A DNA stretch of 64,000 nt from Tubulanus polymorphus (Eukaryota > Animalia > Nemertea): the NCBI RefSeq assembly GCF_964204645.1, contig NC_134026.1, forward strand, positions 2,937,950 to 3,001,949. Direction: 5' to 3'. The stretch's first letter is position 1, and each line of letters opens with the position of its first letter. The notes under the pieces were generated by a model. It did not search any database, was not told where the DNA came from, and saw only the letters and a list, made by a program, of their open reading frames with translations. This document shows positions 1-13,397 of the stretch, piece by piece. A program made the position numbers and the translations under genes.

Positions 1-525
1 GGTTATGCGCAGCACATCGCTAACACTTACGGAATTAGTAAACTTGATTTCGTCGTTTGCTCTGAAGTGGTCGATGACGTCACGGATTTCGGCTGTGTAC
101 GTAACATAATCATACACGGACTCAATGCCCGCGAACAATTAAATACCTGGTACAACGACACTTACACATTATTCAAAGGCCAAATTCCGGTGTCCAGCAA
201 TTTCAGAGATATGATCGAGATAGTTGCTGTCGGTTGGCCCACACCGTATATGAGACTTTACAAGTTATCAGCCGACGGTGATGAAATACAAGTTAAACCG
301 GATTTTCTTTACGAATATTTTTCGGATCGCGTGTTGAAATTGGCGGTAAACGAAAATACGGCAGGACATTATAGAGTTGACGTTGGATATCTTGCACCGG
401 TAGAGTCTAAAAGGTTTCAAGTAAAGCTGATCGAAATGCCCGAGTTTGATAAACCAATGTGCTGTAATATGACAATGTTACGGTCCAAAATGGAACATAT
501 AATGGAATTGATGCATGTATCATAA
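1..525 (+). CDS. 3' part (last exon) of an immunoglobulin-like domain protein, 5'-truncated by the window edge
   Basis: Frame +1 is open from base 1 (GYAQHIANTYGISKLDFVVCSEVV...) to TAA at 523-525. Ig I-set-like motifs Y...ANTYG, VAVGWPTP and AGHYRVDV. Confidence 0.6.
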   Translation, partial: GYAQHIANTYGISKLDFVVCSEVVDDVTDFGCVRNIIIHGLNAREQLNTWYNDTYTLFKGQIPVSSNFRDMIEIVAVGWPTPYMRLYKLSADGDEIQVKPDFLYEYFSDRVLKLAVNENTAGHYRVDVGYLAPVESKRFQVKLIEMPEFDKPMCCNMTMLRSKMEHIMELMHVS

Positions 526-920
526 TATATACACGTCTCTCTCTCTCTAATCATACCCAATGTCATAAATGTTTTTATGATATGCTCGCGTGCATCACAA
601 TCTAATCATGATAAAATCAAACACAAGAAATTAATGTTTTCTTTTTGAAGTTCCAGAATCTCCATCGAACTGCTGACAGACAAAAAAACAGATCGTAATC
701 AAAAATCCTCCAAATCCATATGCATAAGCGCTACTGTCAAAAACAAACACTGAACGATATCTTTAAGGAACACATTTATTACGCTAGACTATTTATAAAC
801 ACATCACCACAAAATTTGTCGTGTCGCGCAGTATCACCTGAAATCAATAGAATATCAACGTTTTAAGATTTACAACTGCGTATAAAATGTCGAGATTTCA
901 ATGAAAGTTAGCAGTACTTA

Positions 921-3900
921 TTAAGAGAGTTTGCACTCAAATGAACCGGCTGTATTCACACATTTTCCACCAGTTAAACATGGGTGACCGGAACATTCAT
1001 CGATATCTACACAGAAAATTGATAGTATATACGTTAACACGTATTGATAAATGAATGTTTTTCTTTACATATACATTTAGAAAAAAAACTTAATCAACAT
1101 TTTCCCGCAAATAAATTCGTACCTGTGCACTTTTTCGTTGCTTTGTCGTATGTTTTACCAAATGGACACATCAAATCTAGAAAAACGAGAATATAATTCG
1201 CTCAATAAATACAGAGATTACACACACCAAAATGACGACAGAAGATGAATTCGATACTTGATCTGATATCATCTTCATCTAAGCTAGTTTGTTTTCCAAC
1301 TAACCGTTTCCAATTTTGTGAGCGATATAGGGTGGTAAAGACTTCAGCAGTTGGTCAGTTAAAGAAAATGGAATGTCCGTGTAATAATGTTCCGACATCG
1401 TCATGCGCAATATATCATCTTCAATGTTGTAAAGTAGTGCATAGACCCTAGTTTTTTCTAACCATAATTTTTCCAACGACAACATAGTTAAAGCTCGTTC
1501 GGTGCCGACACCGCTGCCGATGTACAGAACACACTTGGGGGTTTTGCTGCGGGCTCCGTTTACTAGGTATTCTTTGCGGGCTTTTTCGAGGACGGTGTGC
1601 GTCTCCGGAGCGTAGCCGTAATGGACCAGAGTCGACATGCTGGCAATAACGCACTGGGCATCGGTACACTTGCTCAATGTCGTCATCTCGTTTGTAGCAT
1701 CGGCATATGACACTAATGCCACCTACAATATTCAAAACTATGTGGCAGTTATCTGCACTGTGATATGAACAAAATAACTATCAATTCTATGATAAAATAT
1801 CGTTCAGAGGTTTTTTATATCTAGGTTTTTCGACCAACGTGGGGTGGCCACTTACCTGGAAATCAGGGAAAAGTCATGGAATTTTCAGAGTTAGGGAAAT
1901 TTGTTGTGATTGCTAGATTGCGTGTCAATTCAAACAGTTTCCGTCTGTATTACGTTTTTGACTGTGTTGATTGATTGGCTTCTTAGCAAATCATCAAGTT
2001 ACAGAAAACAACGTGCTTGTCAGGGAAAAGTCAGTGGAAAAGCAAGTCAAATAAAAGTGACCGCCCTACAACATCATGTCTTACTTGCACGAAATCCGGA
2101 TGAATATAAAACTGGTTTATGATGTTTTTGGTAAGTTGTTTGATCTGAGCAAATTCCGAAGCGTAAACCGACGAAGATGCATCAACGATAATCGTTAGGT
2201 CGAGTTTCACCATTTCTGAAAGAAGAAAAATAGACTGCCGGCAAAAATAATCGGACGCTTTTAAATAAAAAGATAATACACCAAAAGTGGATGAACTTGC
2301 CATTTCTAAGACAAATTTATAACTACGTAGGATGTTGTATGAATCACGTAAAGGTTTAAGATGAATACGTACCGATACAGTTTTTGTGACCACCAGAACA
2401 CGGGCATACAAAATATGAATCTTTGTTGATACAAACTCCTTTATTCACGCATGGAGAAACGGCTTTGCATTCATCTATATCTGTAATAAGCTTATGTTCA
2501 TTTGATTTCTGATAGGATTTCTGAGTGAGCGTGGATTTACTTAGTATTGGAATAATGTAAAACGCAGTTATCGTACATGAATTTAAATGGGCAATTGCAT
2601 AAGCTTTACATTTCTAAGCATTTGCATTTCCCTGAATGTACCCCCTTAAACTTCCGTTCTTATTAGCGCCAGTCTATGTGGATTTCACAGAGGGAAAAAC
2701 ACTTTCGTCTCAGAAAACATGTATAACTTACCAGTACATGTTCCCTTTACGTGACTGTAACCAGAGGCGCAGAGTTTATCTACAATGAGAATTAGTACAT
2801 GAAATGTTGGTTTTGTGTCTCATTACTGATACGCGAAAATGGTAATGGTTAAACTCACCAAGAGTGGTAGCTTGCACGACATTGTACGCGATATCCGTGA
2901 TGCCTTTCGCGTTCAGACGAGCTGGACCGATTGCAAATCCGTTCACTTTCGGCTGCATGACATCACCAACGACGTCACCAGATCCACGAGTCGTGAGCGT
3001 GTAAAGTCGCATTCCGGTAGCTGACGCGTCCGTCAAGGCGTATAATGTCTTCGACGCATCGGTTGTTCTGCCGTCACTGATCAGAATCATCGCATCGGGG
3101 ACGTTCGCTCTACCGCCAGTTGCAAACAGCGATGGTGCATGTTCAAATGCCACCCATGAATCTTGTGTTCCGCCCGTAGGTTTCGCGGATTTAAGGGCGT
3201 CTAATACGCAAAATGAATCGTCGCACTGGTTAAGTTTAGTCACTACTTTTACAGCCGAACCATACAGTACTGTAGCCACGCGGACGTAATCCAGATGAAC
3301 GGAATAATGACCGATTATTTCTTGTGCTATACTCAGTAGATATGGGTATAAAACTACGTTTGAGGACTCTATATACAAAGCCACATCCAACAACGTTCGT
3401 TCTACAGCAAAATAAAACCAGATTTTCATCAACTGAGATAATCGTATATCCTAAAATATTCATTGAATTTTGACAGGCGTGGTCGTTCTTACCTACGCAA
3501 TTTGGATTATTACCACACGGGCAATTGTAGGATCCATCAGTATCTGAACACGTTCCTCCATTCAAACATGGTTTAGAAATAATTGAACATTCGTCGATAT
3601 CTGAATGAAGATCAAATAAATTAAAATTCCTCTAACATCGGGCAAAGACCATTATACAAAGCATGATAACCTACTTTTACAAATGAAATCACTTGATGCT
3701 GTATATCCAAACTTACAATTTGCATCTGAAAATAATATGATATTTCAAGCACGTGTATTATACAAGGTGGAAGTATATAGGGTCAAATTTTCTACCTTGT
3801 GCGGCTTTCGCCGTCAAAACGAAGTGAGAAGTTGAAGACGCTACAAACGCAGATGATGAGGGGATGTAAGGCGTGAGATCATCTTTACCAACAGCATTTG

Positions 3901-6900
3901 GTACAGCAGCCAGTATTCTCATACCTGCGTACCATAAATGTTCAGCAGCGGTCTGCACCCGTTTTCCTTCGAAAATAAACTTATCCACATAAAGATGCGA
4001 TGTTTTCATCAATATCGATATTATATGCAAACTGCAAGGATGTGTTAGCTGATTCAGCTATACAATGATACCTTTAGCACCTTTTCCGCTTCCCAAGTAT
4101 ATAAGAAATTTAGGAACTTTACGCCGGGAGCCAGGGCCATTAAGAACTCTATCACGAATTGTTTCTAATGCCACGTCGAGAGCTGGAGCTTCATTGCTCT
4201 TCCGAACTAAGTTTGCTTTACTCATTAAATTATCGACGCAGGGGTTGTAGTCGCAGGACGCCAGGTTGAACAATGTTGACACTTTAGCCGCATATTGGAC
4301 AACACTGAGACGAACGTAATCTGGATGTATCTCAAATTTCTTTGCCAAATTGATCAAGATAGTTTTAAACATAAAGAACTGCCCCACCGTCAGGGAATTG
4401 GATTGGTCGAATAATATGGCTACGTCTGCCACCAGCATATCTGGAGAAAAAAGTAAATGTTGTTTAACGCAGAGCCGTTACACGAAAGTTTGGCACGTTA
4501 TTTACTGATACATGTATATATTGAAAATAATTTAATCTAAATAAATAGAATAAATAAATAAAATAGAATGAATTACATAAAGCCTTAACTTGATCTAGGG
4601 TCATTTTGGACCTGTAAATATTGTTTCCCTTAGATGGGAGGGTAAGCTACATCCTCCGGCCAGTTTTGTATGGACCGACTTCAAAAACCTAAGCTAAGTT
4701 AAACTGCGTTTCATGTGCATATAAGATTTTATACACATTTGGAGTTAGCATTATCTATGTTTACCTTTGCAATTCTTGTTGCCGTTGCTACATGGACATT
4801 TGTATCCATAATCCAAATTATAACAACTTCCTCCGTTCCCACACGGATTCACACTGCTTCCACTAAGGTTACATTCATCGAAATCTATAACAATGAATTG
4901 GTTTATTTGTGCGGCATGAACGCAAATCTAAGGTAATCTGATGAAATGGCATTGCCTTACCGACACATCGAGATGAAAGTGGATCGTAATAGAATCCGTA
5001 ATCACACTTCGAATCTGGAATATGACGATAACAAGTCTTATTACTTTATTTTCATGCACACATGACGCACACGCACATATTTTTCACTCACCAGCCGTTA
5101 TAAACTCAGACATTTGAATCGCATCTTCCCAAATAGTACCATAATCAAGTACATCTGGGATTCGAATGGAATCACCGTTGTTCGCTTTTGTTGATAGGTA
5201 ATTGGCGGTTATATAGATAAAGCTGTACATGGTTATCTTATGGCGAGCCATTAAATTCAAACTTAACAGGGTCTTCGCTTCGTCGTCGGTATGTCCACTG
5301 CCGAAATAGATAACAACCGACTTGCCGGCCGGACGGCTAGCCCGACCAGCTAATAACAGGGTGATTGCCTCATCGAACGCCAGGTACGGTTTTCCGATAC
5401 CTCCATCCCATTTCCACGTTCGCATGACGGTTAAAAGGCAATAATGACTGTGACATGTATCGAGAGACGTTTCTCTTTGGATCTTGTCGGCATACGAGAT
5501 GAGAGATACCCGCACGTAGTCGGGATGAACGTGCATCAACTGACTTACAACTCGAAACAAGTCGAATAGCTTCGGCCATTCGGACAGGTAAACATTTTCG
5601 GAGCTATCTAAGATCATAACTATATCAACAGCTTCCGAAACTGCAAAGAATGAAAGAGAAGTTTGTCCCATAACATGCATGCTTAGCGATTCGCAGAACG
5701 AAAATGACGCTAAGAAGAAAATCAATCAACGAACCTTTACACATTCTATTACCACCTCTTTTCGATGATTTTTCACAACCACACGTGTATCCGCCGACCG
5801 TATTGACACATTTTCCTCCATTATGACAGGGATTCACCGACATACACTCATCAACGTCTATTAACAGACAAACGTTATATCGAGGTAATTGAGATATGCA
5901 CGTATAGTATCCGTTCCAAATACGATTCGAAGGAAAACAAAATTGGTAACAATTCAAACGACACTACTTACCGACACAAGTTCCGAGGTGGTCTCGTTCA
6001 CCAAAACCACAATCAGTATCTAAAATACATATACGTCGAAATTGATTTAATCCATCAAGAACGAATTGATACGCTGTATTAATCATTCAAATCATTTAAA
6101 TTTGCCTTATTTGGAGTATAAGGGGTACCTTCATTGATTGTCAACCCGATTGCGTTAGCTATCTCGATGACTTTGCTCTGTTTAAGAACGAAAGGTATGA
6201 CGAACTGCGAGGTAACAGGTACCGTGGAGAACAAGACGTTACTTTCTGTATCATGACCAGCGACGTAAACACTGATGCCAGCATTGTGTAGATCTTGTAG
6301 TTCCTCTACTGTATGGAAGTACTCGTTCGTTTCACCACTTCCAATCAGAAGTAATGCTTTTCGTACGCCAACTCGGTTGCCATTTCTGTTCAATAACTGT
6401 CTTCTTGCGTGGTCTAAAGCCTATAGTACCATTAATAGAATCACTTCGTTATAGGTGAAAAAATACATGCTGGGTGAACATATTCGCTTACCAGCCATGT
6501 GTTTGGTCTTGTTCCGTCAAAAGTAAAACCATTGATGATGTCCGTAACAACTTTTAAGGACGCCGATTCTTCAAGCCAGTTACCCCTAAGGACAGAAGCT
6601 GAAAATTTCGCTGTTGACACACGCACGACAGCCTGGCCAACGTTGAACTTTTTCAGAGCAGTTTTCGCTATTGTTTTATAGTCCTCAAATTCTGTTTTAT
6701 GGATCACATTTGAGGCTTCGATCAGGATTGCTAAATCTATTCGATGATCTGTAGGTAATTCAACATACATTTCCAGTTAAAATGCAATTATCGGTATGAG
6801 ATGATAGTCCTGTTGAAATCATGAAATTCTTTTTTAAAATTCGACGAAGATCATGACACATTAAAAATGTGTATTCTTACGGATCAATGTTTATCAGCTT

Positions 6901-9900
6901 TACCTGTTTTACAATGTAAGCCGCTAAAGCCGACCAGACAGATGCATCTATAGCCTTTACCCGGTGGGTTCTGCGCACATTTTCCTCCGTTATGGCATGT
7001 GACTCCAATACATTCATTGATATCTGGAATATGTATATACTGTTTAACGAGAAGAGCTATTTTAAGTTGTATTTGTCAAAAAAATTGTAGAATGATGAGA
7101 AGTGAAATTACCATTTTCGCAATGATCACCATTCCAACCTCGTAAGCAGTTACATTTATAACCTTTCCCAGGTGGATTCTGTACACACGAGCCACCATTT
7201 TTACAATTGACACCGATGCATTCGTTTATATCTGTTATCAAATAAAGAAATACGACATCAAAACTTTACGCTCACAAGTTGTATAGTAGATTAAACGTGG
7301 GATTGGTTTATCAACATGGACTTGAAGCCACGCATCGATGGTTTTACCTCCTTCGCAGTGTTTTCCCTCCCAACCTTTTCTACAATGACATTTGTAGCCA
7401 AGACCAGGGGCATTCTGGGTACAGCTACCACCGTTCTTGCAGGTGACAGATTTACACTCGTCTATGTCTGTAGGTATTTCAAAAATAAAAAGATGTTAAC
7501 TCGATGAACGAGAAACTTTACCTTTAGATATGAATTCAGGAATCTTTCCAATCTTAATTATTCTTATCGAGTTAAAAGTTAGGTTCTCAGTTACCTTTGT
7601 CACAGTTTTTGCCTTCCCATCCAGTTGCACATGTACAAGTATAACCTTTTCCTGGTTTATTCTGTTTACAGGTGGCTCCATTTTTGCACGGAGTCTTAGC
7701 ACATTCATTTATATCTGAATAATTGACAGCATTCGTAGGGTATATACTTTATCAACGAATATGAGTAGCGTGAACTTAAGACGCTTGAAACCAGTTAAAA
7801 TACATTCGTTCTCTATATTACCTTTTTCGCAATGTTTGCCTTCCCATCCCGGTGAACAGTGGCAAGTGTATCCTTTTCCTGGTGCATTTTGTTTACATTT
7901 TCCTCCATTTTTGCAAGATACTTTATTGCATTCATTTATGTCTGATGTATCGTAAAAATAAGATTATGAAACGTGAAAAATATTGCAGAGGGGGTGTACG
8001 ATCTTGTGGTTATTACCTTTATTAAGGAGTTAATCATTTACGATGGATGATGCGTATCAGAATTTTAGTTTAAAATCCTCTATTGAGAACTTTGACTGCT
8101 AGTTCTATTCAAACCATCTTAGGTGTTTTTGCGGTACAAAGAATGTTTGAATTTCATTACCTGATCCGCAATGCTTCCCTTCCCATCCCGGAGCACATTT
8201 GCAAGTATATCCTTTGCCTGGTGCATTCTGTTGACATTTCCCTCCATTTTTACAAATAACACCAACACATTCATTTATGTCTGGACGAATAAAAGGTTTG
8301 ACCGATTTTGAAATATATGTACAACATTATCATTAAAGAATTATATCAAAAGAAGATGCATTGCTTAACACTATAGAGGGACAATTCAATTGTTATCAAT
8401 TTGATGATGAGTACGATAATATATATGTCAAAATTAACTATTTGATATCTTTTACCACTGCATTACAGATGTAGATCGAGATTGGAAATTAATATGGCAT
8501 GAAGTCATCTCTAAAATCGCATATACCTTTGTCACAGTTTGTTCCTTTCCATCCGGTTGCACATGTGCAAGTATAACCTTTGCCTGGTTTATTCTGTTTA
8601 CAGGATGCTCCATTTTTACAAGGAGTTTTAGCACATTCATCTGTGTCTGAATTAGTCAGAAATTAAGAAAAACTGATGCATCTTTATAGAGATAAATGCG
8701 TATATAAATTTTCAATTCAGCAGAATGAGATGATCGAAGAATATCAATATGTTCATCACAGTATTCTCTTTCAGGTCATCTAGGGAATTTTTATCCTCAA
8801 TATCCGATTCATACCTTTATCGCAATTTGTTCCTTCCCATCCAGTTGCACATGTGCAAGTATAACCTTTGCCTGGTGCGTTCTGTTTACAGGATGCTCCA
8901 TTTTTACAAGGAGTTTTAGCACATTCATCTGTGTCTGAATTAGTCAGAAATTAAGAAAAACTGATGCATCTTTATAGAGATAAATGCGTATATAAACTTT
9001 CAATTCAGTAGAATGAGATGATCGAAGAATATCAATATGTTCATCACAGTATTCTCTTTCAGGTCATCTAGGGAATTTCTATTCTCAATATCCGATTCAT
9101 ACCTTTGTCGCAATTTGTTCCTTCCCATCCAGTTGCACATGTGCAAGTATAACCTTTGCCTGGTGCGTTCTGTTTACAGGATGCTCCATTTTTACAAGGA
9201 GTTTTAGCACATTCATCTGTGTCTGAATTAGTCAGAAATTAAGAAAAAACTGATGCATCTATATAGAGATAAATGCGTATATAAACTTTCAATTCAGTAG
9301 AATGAGATGATCGAAGAATATCAATATGTTCATCACAGTATTCTCTTTCAGGTCATCTAGGGAATTTCTATTCTCAATATCCGATTCATACCTTTGTCGC
9401 AATTTGTTCCTTCCCATCCAGTTGCACATGTGCAAGTATAACCTTTGCCTGGTGCGTTCTGTTTACAGGATGCTCCATTTTTACAAGGAGTTTTAGCACA
9501 TTCATCTGTGTCTGAATTAGTCAGAAATTAAGAAAAAACTGATGCATCTATATAGAGATAAATGCGTATATAAACTTTCAATTCAGCAGAATGAGATGAT
9601 CGAAGAATATCAATATGTTCATCGTATTCTCTTTCAGGTCATCTAGGGAATTTTTATCCTCAATATCCGATTCATACCTTTGTCGCAATTTGTTCCTTCC
9701 CATCCAGTTGCACAAGTGCAAGTATAACCTTTGCCTGGTGCGTTCTGTTTACAGGATGCTCCATTTTTACAAGGAGTTTTAGCACATTCATCTGTGTCTG
9801 AATATGTAAAAATCAACTTAATGTCAAAACACTGATAATCGAACGTGTGGCTACTGAGTATTCATATCTGCGTAAGATTATTTACCAATTTCACAATGTT

Positions 9901-12243
9901 TGCCTTCCCATCCATTTACACATTTACATGTATAACCTTTGCTTGGTGCCTTATCTGGTACACATGTCCCTCCATTTTTGCAGTTGACGGCGGAGCATTG
10001 GTCTATACATGAACAAAAATGTAAACGACTTGAAAAATTGATTACACACGTGTGCAGAATATTCAGCTTAGCTTTATGGTATTTGTTACAGGTGAAATTT
10101 GCTACATAAGCGCGTATCAGATTGGATTTTCAATGTTTCATCTGCAAAGTCTCAGAGTATTGCCGCTAGGATGACGTGATAACGCGTCATCAGTATCCAT
10201 GTGATAAACGCCCACTGGAGATTGGAAATATTATCGTGAGCCTGTTGGTGTGTTAAATATTATCGTTCTCACCGTGTTACTAGTAGGTTCATGTACGTTG
10301 CTGATCTGGAATTAAACGAACCGATAGTTGTGGACGTTTACACGGTTTTATCGCCAAGGTGACGCCGTTTGGATACAGCAAATAAGGCACGTTCAGATGA
10401 ATTATTAACGCCATCAAATAGAACTGGCAACACCATTGATTTTCCGTTAGCGCAACCATGATGATGATTGTGCTGCAAAAACTCAATGGATGCGGTAAAA
10501 TGAAGCTATGTACGGATGTGTAGCGTCGTATATTGATATTCTGACTCTAAGCGACTGGAAACTGGTAAGACGCGCATCCATATACAATATTTAAGATGCC
10601 TATGGTAATAGGTCGTGGTGGACTTTCGAATCGTTTGAATAATGAAACACAGCGTATTCATAGACCGAAGAAAAAGTTTAGATTCCCTAAACTGAAACTA
10701 CGATGCGGAGCACCTTTACCTGGACAAGGTTCAACAAACGACGATTGTTACTGTTGGCTACCCTTCTCCCTGGGGACGGTTGCATTTTGTATTATTGGTT
10801 TGGTTGTGTTTCTCCTCGGACTCAGTTTAACAATAGTTGGATTACATCCGGAATATTATTCGACAATTTTAGTATCTAATTCAACAGAGGAGTATATTCC
10901 ACCGTCCGGGCGAAGTTCGTCTACTATCATCGATAGCAGACGAAAGGATTCCATTAAAACCTTGGTGCTGATCGGACCTGTATGTATGGGTATTGGATGT
11001 TTTGTCATTGTTGTTGCGTGTACCGTCATTTTCGAAAAACGTGAGAGCATCATGAAGATATTTCCAACTGAAACCGAAAAACCAAAAACCATTTACGATT
11101 TGATTCTTGCCAAACTGAAGGAAGAAGAAACGGCTGCCAAAGAAGCGGCCGCAATCGCAGCTGCAATGGAACCGATAGAAGCAAGCGATACGAATACACG
11201 TTCTTCGTTCATCAAAGGCAGACGAAGTTCAGAAGACACTAGAAAATCATCGGTGTCGTCCGGAATATATGCCGTTACGAAAACAATTCTACACGCAAGT
11301 GACGTTCCTTGGGAGGCTGGTACTATTCGTGAAACAAATAGTCCACCGAAGTTTGTAAAATCAGACTCGTGCATTCGGGTATTGGAGAAAAGCGATAGTA
11401 TATTGAGCGAGGATATAAACATGAACAGCCATAGTTTATTGGATGTACGAACAGTTAGCGAAAGATATCCAACTAAACTGACGCCAATACCATTTGCGAT
11501 GAGTTCTCTTCCCAAACCGTTATACGCCAACTCCACGAATTGTGCCAATAATACGAACGATCATGAACGAATTCTATCAACGTCGTCTTTGAAACCGAAT
11601 GCGTTTCTAGATGCGAGGGTGTCGTTCAGTTCAAGCACTAGCGATAACTGTTCATTAACGGCGGATGTGGCTTCGGAAACTAGAGTGCAAATCCACGAAC
11701 AAAATGCACCGGGACAACGACTGTGTGACCAGAAGAATGACATATTCACCAACAGTGTATCGCTCGATAGCGCAAACAATAAAGATATTTGCATTGTGAG
11801 TGTATCTAGCGAAGAAAAAACTGACATCGTCTGAGAATAACAGTTGTTTGTTTTGTTTTTACACATTCTATTTGTATGTTAAGAAATGAGACTGTCACAT
11901 GACGCATTTTTGACGAATTTGCAATAATGTGATAGAAATATGAAAAGTTTTGAAATATTTTTATAATATGATATTCCGTCTAGATTCTTTAATGTTGAAC
12001 ATGTTTTAAGACCTCTAAGTATCTATTCCTATTATCCACAATTCAATAAATCGACGATATATTCAAGTCAATGCTGCGTATTTATTCTTAGCTTTATAGT
12101 AGCGTTGCAGCCTCGACTGCTGAATCTATGAATCTAAACTCATTTTGTGGTTTATGCTGAGTGTGTTCATGTTCAAACTTACCGGCTGATATAGCAGGAA
12201 CAGTGACGAAAAACAAGAAAATTATAAATGATAGTGACGTCAT
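921..12243 (-). CDS. Secreted EGF-repeat / von Willebrand factor A domain protein (~31 exons, ~1675 aa): signal peptide, 12 EGF, then 5 x [vWA - 2-Cys linker - EGF]
   Basis: Signal exon 12183-12243 (MTSLSFIIFLFFVTVPAISA, phase 1). Phase-1 EGF exons 9886-10002, 9678-9797, 9392-9511, 9103-9222, 8815-8934, 8527-8646, 8161-8280, 7822-7941, 7595-7714, 7348-7467, 7112-7231, 6904-7023. vWA exons 6492-6748+6129-6420, 5092-5640, 4072-4440+3796-3966, 2859-3401, 2085-2215+1305-1722. Linker exons 5972-6019, 4961-5014, 3675-3725, 2732-2779, 1123-1176. EGF exons 5735-5857, 4765-4884, 3493-3600, 2373-2480, 921-1006 (stop). All junctions GT-AG; total 5028 nt, in frame. Confidence 0.85.
1842..2067. mobile_element. 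Degenerate MITE-like element in an intron
   Basis: Imperfect TIRs gggtggccactt...aagtgaccgccc; internal cagggaaaagtca repeated; related ends at 25197-25453. Confidence 0.5.
8527..9800. repeat. ~288-bp tandem repeat, each unit one 120-nt EGF exon plus its intron (5 exons, 4 near-identical introns)
   Basis: Exon edges at 8527, 8815, 9103, 9392, 9678 (periods 288, 288, 289, 286); introns are almost identical. Confidence 0.95.
10596..11834 (+). CDS. TMEM200: TMEM200 (DUF2371) family two-TM membrane protein, intronless CDS, nested antisense in intron 1 of the EGF/vWA gene
   Basis: 412-aa ORF. N-terminal IGRGGL, TM1 ending ..LTIVGLHP, TM2 LIGPVCMGIGCFVIVVACTVIFEKRE resembling TMEM200 LGPxxMGIGxFIFICANAILHENRD; low-complexity Ser-rich tail. 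Confidence 0.8.
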   Translation: MPMVIGRGGLSNRLNNETQRIHRPKKKFRFPKLKLRCGAPLPGQGSTNDDCYCWLPFSLGTVAFCIIGLVVFLLGLSLTIVGLHPEYYSTILVSNSTEEYIPPSGRSSSTIIDSRRKDSIKTLVLIGPVCMGIGCFVIVVACTVIFEKRESIMKIFPTETEKPKTIYDLILAKLKEEETAAKEAAAIAAAMEPIEASDTNTRSSFIKGRRSSEDTRKSSVSSGIYAVTKTILHASDVPWEAGTIRETNSPPKFVKSDSCIRVLEKSDSILSEDINMNSHSLLDVRTVSERYPTKLTPIPFAMSSLPKPLYANSTNCANNTNDHERILSTSSLKPNAFLDARVSFSSSTSDNCSLTADVASETRVQIHEQNAPGQRLCDQKNDIFTNSVSLDSANNKDICIVSVSSEEKTDIV

Positions 12244-13397
12244 TCTCGCTCAATCTGACCGACTGGATCAATCACATATGTAATATAAAGCATAAGTTCA
12301 TCGGAAAATAGAATTACATGTACTTCATTTCCAAATCCTCCTCATATATGCCAGCATATTTTTCAATATTCCAGATCTCAAAGTAATCCAAACTTTTGCA
12401 TCAATCAGATGTTCGAAATACGATTTAAACAGATTTTCACACATTCACGAGGAATTATCATGAGAAGTTTTTGGGGCGTTTTGGAGACTTACGTAGCAAC
12501 GTCCGCGAATGCACCTAGGTTCCGTTGCAGGTCCTTCTACTTCTTGGAGACCCCAGAAAATGTTTTCTGTGGGCAATCCAATGACGGGGATAGTCACCTG
12601 GTCGTGGTTTATTTCACCCAGATGTTTTTCGAAAGTTTTGTCTTCATTGTCAGTAAATTTTTACTATTTGTTCAAGAACAATCGACCACATGTCTTGGAG
12701 GTAGGGATGAACTTACCAGCTGGTATGTCAAAATTCACTTATGCTCCCTATAGGTCCGGTCCCATTGCATTACAAGCAGTTAAGTCACAGACCAGGAGTA
12801 TGCAAAAATCTTATAGATGATAAAAAATTATCTTTGAAAAGCTGTATTAGATTCAATGAAATTTAGGTATCTTGATCAGTGATGCTTTCCACATACATAA
12901 AACGTACTATGACAACTTAATTCTCCATTCGGAAGTATATACCGTCGTTGATTCTCATATCCACAATGCCAGACAGAATATTTGTGCTTTCAGTCAATTA
13001 TTAAGAATTAGGATGACTACCAAGATAAGCAGACCCCTGTAATGTAAACATAGAAAATATATGGACCCATTCCTAGTGATGCTGATCTATTTTTTGAAAT
13101 TTCCTTTGGTAACGAATGATTAATTACTTGTCAGAAATAATCATGATATTTACCTGGCATTGTAGATATGAAATAGATTAACTGAAATTATGAGCACTTT
13201 TGATGTTGTAATTAACGAAATAATTACGCATGGCAATGGCTAATGATACAAGGCAAGCAAATTACATGTTTTCGTAACAACTTAGTGAACGGGGTGCTTA
13301 CATAAAGGCATTCCAAATTTCTGTCTCATTCATGCTCATGATCCTTCGTTATCACATTCATTTTGTTTAAAGCGCGTTTGATTATCTTCTGCCTAAA

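Noticed and set aside
12409-12820. Two overlapping ~100-aa ORFs upstream of the EGF/vWA gene
   Set aside because: No recognisable motifs or consistent splice structure; probably promoter or decayed repeat sequence.
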